A stretch of 64,000 bases of DNA from Parcubacteria group bacterium (GCA_013204395.1 JABMNZ010000025.1:9007-73006), one strand, 5' to 3'; counted from the stretch's first letter, positions 9,723-19,778 are shown. Numbers and translations are program-made. The notes: a model not told the origin generated them from the letters alone.

Positions 9723-11802
9723 TCCGTTCTTTTACAAGGCAAAACAGGGGGCCATTTTTTGTTTGCTCTTTATTATTGCTTTGCCGGTTTACGCGCTGAC
9801 ACCGAACGATGATTATTATTCCGAGCAGTGGTACATGGAGACCATGGGAGCGCAGATTGCATGGGACGAAGAGACTGGTGATGGTTCTGTTGTTGTTGCT
9901 GTTTTAGATACTGGAATTGATTTGGACCACCCCGATCTTGAGGATAATATTTGGGTGAACTTAGGTGAGATCGCGGGCGATGGTATTGATAATGACAATA
10001 ACGGTTATATAGATGACGTGAACGGTTACGACTTTGTCGATGAAGACGGAACTCCGGTTCCAGATCGCTTTGGGGGGTTTGATGTAGACGCTGTTTCTCA
10101 TGGGACTGTTATAGCCGGCATCGTTGGTGCAGTTGGGAATAACGATGAGGGGATGGCGGGTATCAACTGGAATGTAGAACTCATGTCTGTAAGAATTTTG
10201 GATAGCAATGGTGTGGGTGATTCAAATCTCGCAACTAATGGTGTTGATTATGCCGTAGATAATGGGGCAGATGTTATTAACTTAAGTTTCACTGGGTTTG
10301 ACCACGATGAGCGATTACGTCTTGCCCTACAACGGGCTTTTGAAGCTGGGGTAGTAGTTGTGGCGGCTGTTGGGAACTCTGATAACGGAGGGGTAAATAT
10401 TGATAACAGACCAATCTTTCCTGCGTGTTATGGAGAACGAGCGGATGAAGATTGGATTTTAGGTGTGGCGGCAACGGACGCAAATGATGTGAAAGCAGAT
10501 TTCTCAAACTACGGAGCAACCTGTACGGATATATCTGCTCCCGGTGAGGATATTTTTGCCACGATCTATCAAGACGACGATTGGCCAGGACTTGAGGAGG
10601 GATTTTATCAATCTGGTTGGTCAGGGACATCTATGGCGTCCCCAATGGTGGCAGGCGCTGCGGCTTTGTTAAAGTCTCACTATCACTCTCTGACACCAAG
10701 CGATATCAAAAGTGCTTTGAGATTATCTGTGGATCCTGTGAAGGCAACCGGTGATGCTGTTGGGAAAATGGGATCCGGGAGATTAAACATTTCTAAAGCA
10801 CTTATCCTTGCCGCTTCTTATGCAGATGAGGGCGATGGGGATGATGATGAAGTAACCACAATGACCGAAACAACGAGTTCAAATTCGAGCTACAGAATCG
10901 CAGTTGCGCCAGAAAGTGGTGGTCCACCAACTGTGAGAGTGTTTACAAATTCTGGAGACGAAATAGTCGCGAGCTTCAATGCCTATGACGAATCTTTTAC
11001 TGGTGGAGTTCGACTGGCTATGGGAGATGTTGATGGCGATGGGGAGGAGGAGATTGTGACCGTGCCAGGTTCAGGTGGTCCCCATGTTCGCATATTTGAT
11101 CTAGACGGAAATCTTGAAAGTGACTTTTTTGCATTTTCGACATCCATGAGATCTGGGTTGTATGTGGCAACGGGGGATATTGATGGAGATGGACTTGAAG
11201 AGATTGTTGTGAGTACTGACGAGGGAGGTGGCGCACTTGTCAAAATTTTTGATAACAACGGTGATCAAATCGGCTCTACTATTGAGCCGTTTGAAGATGT
11301 GCCAGCGCCGCGCAGTGTGCGTGTGGCCATGGGAGATGTAGATGGTGATGGCGAGGACGAGGTGATCACAACATTGGGTGATGGTCATGAGCCATTGGTG
11401 CGTGTGCACAAAGCTGACGGAACATTTCAAAGCGAGTTTCTTGCCTATGCACAGACCTATGACAAGGGGGTCTTTGTGGCTTCAGGTGATCTAGACGGCG
11501 ATGGTGATGATGAGATTGTGACAGGTACAGATAATGGTGGTGGTCCACAGGTGCAGATTTATGATGGCGAGGGAGGGTGGCTTGGAACGTTCTTTGCCTA
11601 TGATGATCAGTTCCGTGGAGGGGTTCGTTTGTCTGTAGGGAATCTTTCTAAGTGGCCAGGTGCATCAATTATTACTGCCGCAGGACCAGGGGGAGGCCCA
11701 CATATCCGAGTTTATAATGGATACGCCTCTTTAATAGGAACGTTCTTCTCAGATGACGAAGGTGATAGAGGGGGGGTTAACTCTGGAGCCTGGAGTCTCT
11801 AA
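9700..11802 (+). CDS. second subtilisin-like S8 peptidase with FG-GAP repeats (tandem paralog)
   Basis: VAVLDTGIDLDHPDL, HGTVIAGIV, GTSMASPMVAGAAALL; seven or more FG-GAP-like repeats (AMGDVDGDGEEEIV, ATGDIDGDGLEEIV...). ATG 9700 gives the signal-anchor MEHLFRCSPFFYKAKQGAIFCLLFIIALPVYA. The track start 9664 is a TTG. Confidence 0.8.
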   Translation: MEHLFRCSPFFYKAKQGAIFCLLFIIALPVYALTPNDDYYSEQWYMETMGAQIAWDEETGDGSVVVAVLDTGIDLDHPDLEDNIWVNLGEIAGDGIDNDNNGYIDDVNGYDFVDEDGTPVPDRFGGFDVDAVSHGTVIAGIVGAVGNNDEGMAGINWNVELMSVRILDSNGVGDSNLATNGVDYAVDNGADVINLSFTGFDHDERLRLALQRAFEAGVVVVAAVGNSDNGGVNIDNRPIFPACYGERADEDWILGVAATDANDVKADFSNYGATCTDISAPGEDIFATIYQDDDWPGLEEGFYQSGWSGTSMASPMVAGAAALLKSHYHSLTPSDIKSALRLSVDPVKATGDAVGKMGSGRLNISKALILAASYADEGDGDDDEVTTMTETTSSNSSYRIAVAPESGGPPTVRVFTNSGDEIVASFNAYDESFTGGVRLAMGDVDGDGEEEIVTVPGSGGPHVRIFDLDGNLESDFFAFSTSMRSGLYVATGDIDGDGLEEIVVSTDEGGGALVKIFDNNGDQIGSTIEPFEDVPAPRSVRVAMGDVDGDGEDEVITTLGDGHEPLVRVHKADGTFQSEFLAYAQTYDKGVFVASGDLDGDGDDEIVTGTDNGGGPQVQIYDGEGGWLGTFFAYDDQFRGGVRLSVGNLSKWPGASIITAAGPGGGPHIRVYNGYASLIGTFFSDDEGDRGGVNSGAWSL

Positions 11803-11822
11803 GTTTGCTATACTACTGACAT

Positions 11823-12839
11823 ATGTCTCAAGAACTAAAGTTTACAAACAAAAATATCCTTGTGACCGGCGGTGCTGGTTTCATTGGCTCGCATTTATGT
11901 GAGCAATTGCTTCGCGATGATCATAGGGTGGTTTGCATAGATAACCTTTCAACGGGCACAGCAAGTAACATTAACGCACTTTTACAGAATCAGAACTTCA
12001 GATTTATTCGTTTGGATATCAACGAGCCATTTGATTTGGAGAGTCACGCAGAGCTCGCTACTTTCAAGTTACCTTTTCAAGGAATCCAAGAAATTTATCA
12101 TTTAGCTTGTCCAACATCGATTAAAAACTTTGACCAGTTTAAAGTTCAAACACTACTTTCAAATTCCTTGGGGAATTATCACGTGCTTGAAATTGCGAAG
12201 AAGTACCGTGCGCGCGTCATGCTGGCTTCTAGTTCCGTAGTGTACGGACAAAGAGCGGAAGGAAGTGGCATGGTTGAGGAGTCTGAAATGGGTTTGGTAA
12301 ATCAACTTTCTCAGAGAGCTTGTTATGACGAGGGTAAGAGATTCTCGGAAACCATGTTTGAGACTTATCGTCAGGTGCACGGTTTGGATATTCGTATAGC
12401 AAGAATTTTTCGCACGTATGGACCGCGCATGCCACTGTTTGATGGACAGCTCATTCCCGATTTTATCTTGAATGCCCTAGATGGAAATGACCTTGTCATG
12501 TACGGAGGAAAAGATTTCAGCACATCTCTCATGTTCATTTCAGATTTGATTGACGGCCTTGCTCGTATCATGGACGCCCCGGAATACACGGGTCCCGTGA
12601 ACATTGGAAGTGATGTTGATTTGAATCTTGTGGATGTGGCGCAGCAAATTATTGAGATGACCAGCTCATCTTCTAAAATCGTTGATGGAGATAATTTTGC
12701 CTTTCTTTCAGAGTTGGCTTTGCCAAGAATTACAGCGATTAAGGACCTTGGCTGGTTCCCCCTTGTGCGTTTGCCAGACGGTCTACGTCGCACCATTGAA
12801 TACATGAAGGCAAATAAGTTGCTTCTGACAAATGTATGA
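11823..12839 (+). CDS. NAD-dependent sugar-nucleotide dehydratase/decarboxylase, UDP-glucuronate decarboxylase (UXS/ArnA-DH)-like
   Basis: ILVTGGAGFIGSHLCEQLL Rossmann motif, IYHLACPTS and YDEGKRFSETM (YxxxK) signatures resembling the UXS family. Confidence 0.65.
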   Translation: MSQELKFTNKNILVTGGAGFIGSHLCEQLLRDDHRVVCIDNLSTGTASNINALLQNQNFRFIRLDINEPFDLESHAELATFKLPFQGIQEIYHLACPTSIKNFDQFKVQTLLSNSLGNYHVLEIAKKYRARVMLASSSVVYGQRAEGSGMVEESEMGLVNQLSQRACYDEGKRFSETMFETYRQVHGLDIRIARIFRTYGPRMPLFDGQLIPDFILNALDGNDLVMYGGKDFSTSLMFISDLIDGLARIMDAPEYTGPVNIGSDVDLNLVDVAQQIIEMTSSSSKIVDGDNFAFLSELALPRITAIKDLGWFPLVRLPDGLRRTIEYMKANKLLLTNV

Positions 12840-13501
12840 AGGTGATTGCTCTTATCCCAGCGTACAACGAAGAAACAACACTTGCGGTTGTTTTGGAAAA
12901 AACAGCTTCGTTTGTCGATTTGATGTTAGTTGTAGATGATGGCTCTACAGATAGAACAAGTGAGATCGCCTTAAGTCATGGAGCGACGGTTGTCAGCCAT
13001 GTGATTAACCGCGGCCTGGGTGCAGCCATTGGTACTGGATTCGCCGCGGCAATGATGCTTAAAGCGGATGCCGTCATAACCTTGGATGCAGATGGGCAGC
13101 ATGACCCATCGGAGATCCCATTATTTGTTGAAGCCATTAATGATGGAGCTGACGTCGTCATTGGTTCAAGAATGCTTGGAGGTACGGGTATGCCATGGTA
13201 TCGACAGGTAGCGAACCGTCTTGGAAATCTAGTGACCTTTCTTTTGTTTGGCGCTCTTGTCACAGATAGTCAATCTGGTTTCCGTGCGTTCACCGCCTAT
13301 GCCATTAGGCAGATCGAAATCAAGACTAATCGAATGGAGGTTTCTTCAGAATTGATCGCGGAGTCTCGTCGGCACAAGCTTCATCTTGTAGAGGTTCCCA
13401 TAAAAGCGATTTATACGGAGTATTCTCTCTCAAAGGGACAAAGCTTCCTTGTGGGTATCAAGACACTTATCAAACTTGTCTTGCGCCGTATCAGTCAATA
13501 A
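12836..13501 (+). CDS. GT2 polyprenyl-phosphate glycosyltransferase (DPM1/GtrB/ArnC-like catalytic domain)
   Basis: IPAYNEETTL...VVDDGSTDRT...LDADGQHDPSEI (DxD) pattern. ATGA-coupled to the upstream gene. 221 aa. Confidence 0.7.
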   Translation: MKVIALIPAYNEETTLAVVLEKTASFVDLMLVVDDGSTDRTSEIALSHGATVVSHVINRGLGAAIGTGFAAAMMLKADAVITLDADGQHDPSEIPLFVEAINDGADVVIGSRMLGGTGMPWYRQVANRLGNLVTFLLFGALVTDSQSGFRAFTAYAIRQIEIKTNRMEVSSELIAESRRHKLHLVEVPIKAIYTEYSLSKGQSFLVGIKTLIKLVLRRISQ

Positions 13502-13508
13502 TTGATCT

Positions 13509-13841
13509 ATGACCGTAATCCAGATTCTGATTGTCGTATTTGCGCTTTTTGCCATCTCTCGAACAGTCTGGCAATTTAAGAGGGGGTCACTCACCATTGC
13601 TTGGCTTCTTTTTTGGATGATCTTTTGGTTGGTTGCCGCAACGGTTGCTGTGCTGCCGCAGACCACAGACACGGTTGCAAGATTTGTGGGTGTTGGCCGT
13701 GGGGCTGACGCAGTGATCTATTTTTCATTGGTAGCATTGTTTTATCTGGTGTTCCGCACATACGTGAAGATCGAAAAAACAGAAAACGAAATCACAAAGC
13801 TTGTTCGCAAGCTTTCCCTAGATGAACTAGATGACAAATAG
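13509..13841 (+). CDS. small 3-TM membrane protein (DUF2304-like; candidate flippase-type partner of the GT2)
   Basis: 110 aa with three hydrophobic helices. The position immediately after a GtrB-like GT2 mirrors GtrA/ArnEF arrangements. Function is inferred. Confidence 0.45.
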   Translation: MTVIQILIVVFALFAISRTVWQFKRGSLTIAWLLFWMIFWLVAATVAVLPQTTDTVARFVGVGRGADAVIYFSLVALFYLVFRTYVKIEKTENEITKLVRKLSLDELDDK

Positions 13842-14883
13842 TATGCACCCGAAAGTTTCCATTATCTATCTGGCTTACAACACTCATAAATACCTCGACG
13901 AGGTATTTTCGTCTTTACGGCAGTTGAACTACCCAAAGGACAGGCTTGAGATTATTGCGGTTGATAATGATTCAAAAGATGAGAGCGCCGCGTGGCTGCA
14001 CAAGCAAGATGGAATCACGTTTTTTCCAAGTGAGACGAATCTCGGGTTTGCGGGTGGAAACAATCTTGGGATCACCCATGCCCTGCTAAATGGAGCAGAC
14101 TACGTTTTTCTTCTTAATGGGGACGCAAAGTTAGATCCCGATGCCATCATGGGGGCCGTGAAGGTGGCTGAGGCAGATCCTTCGATTGGTTCGGTCCAGT
14201 CCAGGATTATGCTTTGGGAAAAGCCTGAGATTGTAAATGCGACTGGTGGCATGGTGCACTTTTTAGGATTCGGATTTGTAAAAGACAACGGGCTTCCTTG
14301 GAAAGGATCCACACAACCAAGTGAGATTGCTTATGCTTCAGGGGCTGCTGTCCTGTATCGGGCATCCGTTTTGCAAAAAGTTGGTTTACTTGATCCATTC
14401 TTTTTCATGTATCACGAAGATCTGGAACTTGGTTGGAGGATTCGTCTAGCTGGAGGGAAAAATATGTTAGCTCCACAATCTGTCGCCTATCATGATTATG
14501 AGTTCTCTCGATCCATTCAAAAGTTCTACTGGATGGAACGAGCTCGAGTTCTTGTTCATTTTTCACATTTGACATGGAGGTCACTTTTAATTCTCGCCCC
14601 AGCAATGGCGTTATCAGAACTCGGACTACTTGTTTTTGCCATCAAAGGTGGTTGGCTCAAAGAAAAATTTCTTGTCTACGCTTCTTTACTCTCACCTAAA
14701 TCGTGGAGATATATTTCACGCAAGCGAAAAGAGAGCACTGCTATTCGATCGGTGAGCGATAGAGAAATTGCTTCACTTTGGACGGGTCGCATAGAACATC
14801 AAGACACAAGTAGCCCAATTGTGGATCGCGTTATCAATCCTGTTATGTCGATCGCTTGGTCGGTTATGAAAAAATTTATCTAA
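13831..14883 (+). CDS. glycosyltransferase family 2
   Basis: VSIIYLAYNTHKYLDEVFSSL...IIAVDNDSKDES, typical of GT2 rhamnosyl/glucosyltransferases. An alternative ATG lies at 13843. Confidence 0.7.
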   Translation: MTNSMHPKVSIIYLAYNTHKYLDEVFSSLRQLNYPKDRLEIIAVDNDSKDESAAWLHKQDGITFFPSETNLGFAGGNNLGITHALLNGADYVFLLNGDAKLDPDAIMGAVKVAEADPSIGSVQSRIMLWEKPEIVNATGGMVHFLGFGFVKDNGLPWKGSTQPSEIAYASGAAVLYRASVLQKVGLLDPFFFMYHEDLELGWRIRLAGGKNMLAPQSVAYHDYEFSRSIQKFYWMERARVLVHFSHLTWRSLLILAPAMALSELGLLVFAIKGGWLKEKFLVYASLLSPKSWRYISRKRKESTAIRSVSDREIASLWTGRIEHQDTSSPIVDRVINPVMSIAWSVMKKFI

Positions 14884-16044
14884 ATGGACAAGCAAATAAA
14901 AATTGCGCACGTTGTTTCAACTTATCCTCCTTACCGAGGTGGAATGGGGAGGGTTGCTTTTGAATATGTGGAGCGACAAAGAGCAAGAGGTTATAGCGCG
15001 CATGTGTTTACCATTGCTGGTGAAAAAGTTGAGGACGACCCCCGTTATGTCCATAGGGTCCCGTCGATAATGCATATCGGTAATGCTGGCGTACTGCCGT
15101 CACTGTTTAAGCGACTTTCTGGTTTTGATCTTGTTCATCTTCATTATCCATTTTACGGTGGCGCTGAGCCCACTATTGTCCGTAAGGCTCTTCGTCAGAA
15201 CCAAGGTCTGGTTATGACCTACCACATGGATAACTATGCCCCTGGACTTAAGGGGGCAATCTTTTCTGCTCACAGGCGTCTTTTGTTTCCATGGCTCATG
15301 AATCGTGTTGATAGAATCTTGGTGAGCTCTTTAGACTATGCAAAACATTCAGCCCTTGCGGAACTTAATCTAGAAGACCGTATCGAAGAGCATCCGTTTG
15401 GTGTTGAGTTGGATCGATTCAAACCAGGTGAGGAAACACATCTACGGTCAGATTTGAATCTTGATTCTGACATTCCTGTCCTTTTATTTGTTGGGGGTCT
15501 TGATGCGGCCCATCATTTCAAGGGACTCACGGTGCTATTTGAAGCTTTGGAAAAGTTAGTGGCACAGTCTTGGCATTTGGTTGTGGTTGGAGAGGGTCCA
15601 CTTCGGGAGACATACAAAGCAAACGCGGACGCTGCTGACCTTTCACAAAGAGTGACCTTTGCTGGTAATGTTTCAGATGAGGATCTTCCTCGTTACTATC
15701 GCCTAGCTGATATGCACTTGTTTCCTTCGACGGGCAGGGGAGAGGCATTTGGACTTGTGGCTGCAGAAGCGGCGGCTAGCGGAACTCCATCCATTGCTTC
15801 GAATCTTCCTGGTGTTCGCACGGTTGTGAGAGATGGGGACACAGGGCTCCTCGTAACCCCAAACGATGTAGAGGAGCTGTCTAAGGGCATTTTAACGCTT
15901 CTGGAACAGCCTGAGGTGAGGAGAAGGTTTGGATTATCGGCTCGCATTCATGCTGAGCAACATTACGGTTGGGAACCCATTATGGATCGTCTTGAGGAAA
16001 CTTATGAATCCGTCTTAGGACAACAATCAACGCGCGCCTACTAA
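14884..16044 (+). CDS. glycosyltransferase family 4 (GT-B)
   Basis: C-terminal EAFGLVAAEAAASGTPSIASNLPGVRTVVRDGDTGLLV (EX7E-type motif). Confidence 0.75.
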   Translation: MDKQIKIAHVVSTYPPYRGGMGRVAFEYVERQRARGYSAHVFTIAGEKVEDDPRYVHRVPSIMHIGNAGVLPSLFKRLSGFDLVHLHYPFYGGAEPTIVRKALRQNQGLVMTYHMDNYAPGLKGAIFSAHRRLLFPWLMNRVDRILVSSLDYAKHSALAELNLEDRIEEHPFGVELDRFKPGEETHLRSDLNLDSDIPVLLFVGGLDAAHHFKGLTVLFEALEKLVAQSWHLVVVGEGPLRETYKANADAADLSQRVTFAGNVSDEDLPRYYRLADMHLFPSTGRGEAFGLVAAEAAASGTPSIASNLPGVRTVVRDGDTGLLVTPNDVEELSKGILTLLEQPEVRRRFGLSARIHAEQHYGWEPIMDRLEETYESVLGQQSTRAY

Positions 16045-16045
16045 T

Positions 16046-17251
16046 ATGAAAATCGGGATTGTCTCAAACTTGTATCCACCAGCCGCTCGTGGTGGGGCGG
16101 AGCTTGTGGCTCAACGCATTGCAGATGAACTGTATATTCGTGGCCATGAGGTTTTTGTATTGAGCAGCCAGCCCTATGATGGGGTACGAACTTTGTTCCC
16201 GTCTATACGTGAAAGAACATTAGAGGCGGTGTACCGGTTTTTCCCCTTGAACTTTTATTATCTCCGACATGATCACTCCATTCCTTTTCCTATTCGCGCC
16301 CTCTGGCACGTAGTCGATTTGTTCAACCCGTTTTCTCGAGGGGCAATAAGACATTTGATTAAGGACGAACAACCGGATGTTATTTTTACGCATAATTTGA
16401 AAGGCATCGGAATTTCTATTGGCAAGGAGATTCAAAAACAAGGGATCCCACATATCCATACCCTGCACGATGTTCAGCTAAGTGTCCCAAGTGGACTGTT
16501 GATTGCCGGTGGTGAAGACGCTTGGCAGAACACGTCTTTTTTACGGAGGTGGTATGAGAAAGCGGTGATGTCACAGATTGGGACTCCAGACATGGTAATT
16601 TCTCCGTCAGAATTTTTGCTGAAATTTCATCATGATCGTGGAATGATGACCAACTCTCCATCAGAAATTATTCCAAACCCACTTCCACCAGGGATGATCA
16701 ACCCTCGTGGTGAACGGATAGATGGACCAACAAGGTTTTTGTACATTGGTCAGCTTGAAAAACATAAGGGGATCATCGAACTTTTTGATGCTCTAGAGCA
16801 GCTTCCAGATGATGTGCAGCTTCACATTGCTGGCGAAGGGACCCTTGGTGAGTATGTCTCACAGCGTGCTGAGCGGGATCGTCGCATCAAGTATCATGGT
16901 TTCGTGTCGCTCAAACACTTGGTGAGCATTCTACGTTCCACCGATGCCGTCATTGTTCCGTCTACCTGTTATGAGAATTCTCCCACGGTTATTTACGAAG
17001 CGTTTCTTATAGGTGTGCCAGTCATTGCCTCGCGCATCGGGGGGATACCCGAGTTGATCGAGGACCGTGAGACAGGGTGGCTTGTGGAGCCTGGGAACGT
17101 AGACGAATTAGCCGCCGGCATGCTTCGTTGTTATGAGCGCCAAGATGAATGGTGGGCCATGACAAAAAAGATCCGCGCTAATGTGGAGAAGTATTCTGTA
17201 AAAAATTATATTGATCGGCTAGAGACACTGATGCAAACCGTTATTAAATAA
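16046..17251 (+). CDS. glycosyltransferase family 4 (GT-B)
   Basis: ENSPTVIYEAFLIGVPVIASRIGGIPELIEDRETGWLVEPGN motif. Confidence 0.75.
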   Translation: MKIGIVSNLYPPAARGGAELVAQRIADELYIRGHEVFVLSSQPYDGVRTLFPSIRERTLEAVYRFFPLNFYYLRHDHSIPFPIRALWHVVDLFNPFSRGAIRHLIKDEQPDVIFTHNLKGIGISIGKEIQKQGIPHIHTLHDVQLSVPSGLLIAGGEDAWQNTSFLRRWYEKAVMSQIGTPDMVISPSEFLLKFHHDRGMMTNSPSEIIPNPLPPGMINPRGERIDGPTRFLYIGQLEKHKGIIELFDALEQLPDDVQLHIAGEGTLGEYVSQRAERDRRIKYHGFVSLKHLVSILRSTDAVIVPSTCYENSPTVIYEAFLIGVPVIASRIGGIPELIEDRETGWLVEPGNVDELAAGMLRCYERQDEWWAMTKKIRANVEKYSVKNYIDRLETLMQTVIK

Positions 17252-17255
17252 GAAA

Positions 17256-17279
17256 AACCGAGCGAACGCTCGGTTTTTG
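17256..17279 (+). terminator. rho-independent terminator of the glycosyltransferase operon
   Basis: ACCGAGCG-AA-CGCTCGGT hairpin followed by TTTTT. Confidence 0.6.
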
Positions 17280-17281
17280 GA

Positions 17282-17340
17282 TTGACAAAATCTATTAAAT
17301 AGGGTACTTTTTGTCGTTCGCTCAACCAGAAAGGAGGTCC
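17282..17340 (+). promoter_or_regulatory. candidate sigma-70 promoter plus strong SD for the ABC exporter
   Basis: TTGACA (17282-17287), 17-nt spacer, TACTTT; AAAGGAGG sits 5 nt before the TTG start at 17343. Confidence 0.4.
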
Positions 17341-17342
17341 AT

Positions 17343-19145
17343 TTGAACTTCTGGAAGCGATATTGGGCTCTCACGAGTCCGTTCAAGCGTGACATTGGTT
17401 GGTCCATCGGTTGGATCGCTGTGGCAACGTTGATGAGCCTTGCGGCTCCCTACGTCAACAAGTTGGTCTTTGACTTGGTCAACATCTGGTGCATGCCTCA
17501 GACGGGATCCCATGTCGGGGTCATCGAAACTCTGAGCGGGTGGATGCCCAGCGCGAACACCATGTGGTGGCTCGCCGGCACAATCATCCTGATCAAGGTT
17601 GTTGTCGAAGGTCTTTCAAGCACGGTGGGAATGCTCAACCAGCGCAGCTGGCTCAAGCTCATCCTGCTCATGAACGAGCGCATGCCCGTTTTGACCATGA
17701 GTCACTTGCTCAAGCTTTCCATGGGTCACCACATCCGTGAGAGTACGAGCAAGCAGATCACCAAGCTAGAGCGCGGTATCAACGCCGCGAGCCAGCTCAC
17801 GGATCGTCTCTTCGGAAGACTCCTGCCCGAACTCCTCGTCATTCCAGTCTTTTCAGTGGTCCTCTTGGTCCTTGATTGGCGTGTTGGGGTGCTAAGCCTA
17901 GTGCTGGGGGTGGTGAGTGGAATTTGGTCGGTGTACGATTTCCGGTCACTAACCCCACATCGCAAGAGGATGGAGACGCTCTACCAACAATCGAGCACCA
18001 TCGGCTACGAAGCCATCAGCAACATCGCGACCGTTCAAGCATTCGGTTGCGAGCAGCACGAACGTGGAAGGATCAAGGGCATCCTCGCGAATATTCGTGC
18101 GGTCGAATGGGCTCAACTGGCACGTGCCATGTTCGGTGGGTACCTACGAGACGGGATGTCCAACATCTCCGGTGCTGCCGTCATCTTGATTGGTCTCTGG
18201 GGACTTCAGTCCAATGCCATGTCATTGGGAACGATGGTGATGCTACTTCAACTCAACGGTCGGTTTATCCGTTCGTGTCGCACTGTGACGCGGGAATGGA
18301 TGGAGATGGGGCGGAATCAGGAGTCGCTCTCACACCTCATGGACCTGCTGGACAAGCAGCCTGACGTTGTATCGCTTCCAACAGCGGTTGACGTAGGTTC
18401 GTCGGTTGGAGATATCGAGTTTGAACAGGTGGTCTTCTCCTACGACGGCAAAGGTCCTGCAGTACAAGACGTCAGTTTCCTGGCCAAGGCTGGGGAGATG
18501 GTGGCGATTGTCGGTCCGTCAGGATCTGGTAAGTCCACTCTGATCTCGCTTCTGCTGCGCGCCTACGACGTGGAATCGGGTGCAATCAGGATCGGGCGAC
18601 AGGATCTCCGTGTACTGAGCCTGGACAGCTGGCGCTCCAAGGTGGGCATTGTTCCACAGAGCGTGGAGCTGTTCTCCATCTCTATTGCTGCCAACATTGC
18701 CTACGGGCGACAAGGCGCAACGGATGAGGAGATCATGGCGGCAGCCAAGCTTGCTGGAGCTCATGAGTTCATCTTGGCCAAGCCAGACGGCTACGACACC
18801 ATCGTTGGTGAAAGGGGCCTGGATCTTTCCGGTGGCGAGCGCCAACGGATCGGGATCGCACGCGCGATCCTCCGGGATCCACAGGTTCTGATCTTCGACG
18901 AGGCAACTAGCAGCTTGGACGTCATTTCCGAGGCTCACATCCAGGAAGCACTGGAAACGCTCCGCAAGGACCGAACGACCATCGTGGTCGCTCACCGGTT
19001 CTCAACGATCAAGAAGGCTGACCGCATCGTGGTCATGGACGGCGGCCGAATCGTTGCCCAAGGAACGCGCGAGGAACTGCTCGAAGGCAGCCCGCTCTTC
19101 ACCGAGTTGGCACGCCTGCAAAGCGAACTCGCAATCCGCGACTGA
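17343..19145 (+). CDS. ABC transporter, fused permease/ATP-binding exporter (MsbA/ABCB-type)
   Basis: 600 aa with six TM helices, then Walker A GPSGSGKST, signature LSGGERQR and Walker B LIFDEATS. TTG start with a perfect SD. GC content is visibly higher than the flanking DNA. Confidence 0.8.
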   Translation: MNFWKRYWALTSPFKRDIGWSIGWIAVATLMSLAAPYVNKLVFDLVNIWCMPQTGSHVGVIETLSGWMPSANTMWWLAGTIILIKVVVEGLSSTVGMLNQRSWLKLILLMNERMPVLTMSHLLKLSMGHHIRESTSKQITKLERGINAASQLTDRLFGRLLPELLVIPVFSVVLLVLDWRVGVLSLVLGVVSGIWSVYDFRSLTPHRKRMETLYQQSSTIGYEAISNIATVQAFGCEQHERGRIKGILANIRAVEWAQLARAMFGGYLRDGMSNISGAAVILIGLWGLQSNAMSLGTMVMLLQLNGRFIRSCRTVTREWMEMGRNQESLSHLMDLLDKQPDVVSLPTAVDVGSSVGDIEFEQVVFSYDGKGPAVQDVSFLAKAGEMVAIVGPSGSGKSTLISLLLRAYDVESGAIRIGRQDLRVLSLDSWRSKVGIVPQSVELFSISIAANIAYGRQGATDEEIMAAAKLAGAHEFILAKPDGYDTIVGERGLDLSGGERQRIGIARAILRDPQVLIFDEATSSLDVISEAHIQEALETLRKDRTTIVVAHRFSTIKKADRIVVMDGGRIVAQGTREELLEGSPLFTELARLQSELAIRD

Positions 19146-19191
19146 CCGAGCCTGTGCTCGGTCGAGGGACTCCACGAGTCCCTCTTTTTTG
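19146..19191 (+). terminator. twin hairpin terminator after the ABC exporter
   Basis: CCGAGC-CTGT-GCTCGG followed by GAGGGACTC-CAC-GAGTCCCTC, then TTTTTT. Confidence 0.6.
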
Positions 19192-19197
19192 TTGCCC

Positions 19198-19219
19198 GTC
19201 GGAAGCTAAGCTTCCGGCC
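19198..19219. repeat. palindrome element GTCGGAAGCTAAGCTTCCGGCC (copy 2 of 3)
   Basis: This 22-mer is identical to 57285-57306. It sits immediately 3' of a terminator at the right border of a GC-rich insert. Confidence 0.8.
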
Positions 19220-19332
19220 TGTATAGAAAAAAACGACCCTATGGTCAAAAACCATGCATTGAATGCAACAATCGATACTAAGTTTAGTTATGAATCATGC
19301 ATTCAATGTGCGATATATTGTTTGTCTGACAA

Positions 19333-19358
19333 ATAAAAAAACGACCCGTATGGTCGTG
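19333..19358 (-). terminator. minus-strand terminator for the 19386..19778 gene
   Basis: The reverse complement reads CGACC-CATACG-GGTCG followed by TTTTTTT. A near-duplicate motif AAAACGACCCTATGGTC occurs at about 19228. Confidence 0.5.
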
Positions 19359-19385
19359 GTGGTTGGGGGGCGAGTTGGTGGAGAG

Positions 19386-19778
19386 CTAGGAGAAGAAGCC
19401 TCGAGTGAGCGAGATCACTCGGTCGCGACGTTCGGAGTTCAGTGCCATTGCAGCGACGATGGCGGTCTGGCCATCGAGCTCATGCAGGCCTTCGGGCACA
19501 GTCGGCGTCACAGGCTCGGCGCTCTCGATGACGATGCGGGTGTACGAGCAGATGCCGCCATCGATCATCTTGAAAGGCAGGATGTGAGCGCAGCGCGTGC
19601 GCAGGGAGATTTCTCCGATCACGGGAACGCTGTCGGTCATGCCGGTGCCCAAGGCAGCCAGCACGATCATGGCTTCGGCGAGCGCCTCGGGGGAGTCGAA
19701 GGTGACTTGGTGGTTCTCAATCACCTGACTGAGCTCACCTCTTTGAAAGACCAGGATCTTGAAAGCGAGTGTGAACAT
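19386..19778 (-). CDS. Roadblock/LC7 (MglB-like) domain small protein
   Basis: 130 aa; the pattern ...EALAEAMIVLAALGTGMTDSVPVIGEISL... resembles robl/LC7 proteins. GGAGA SD. GC-rich. The overlapping plus-strand ORF 19263..19844 looks like antisense noise. Confidence 0.45.
   Translation of the reverse strand: MFTLAFKILVFQRGELSQVIENHQVTFDSPEALAEAMIVLAALGTGMTDSVPVIGEISLRTRCAHILPFKMIDGGICSYTRIVIESAEPVTPTVPEGLHELDGQTAIVAAMALNSERRDRVISLTRGFFS

Noticed and set aside
17489-18995. Several 80-160-aa ORFs on both strands inside the ABC exporter gene (17489..17740, 17876..18364, 18519..18995 and others)
   Set aside because: They are internal or antisense frames of a gene with unambiguous Walker A, signature and Walker B motifs. 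GC-driven open frames.
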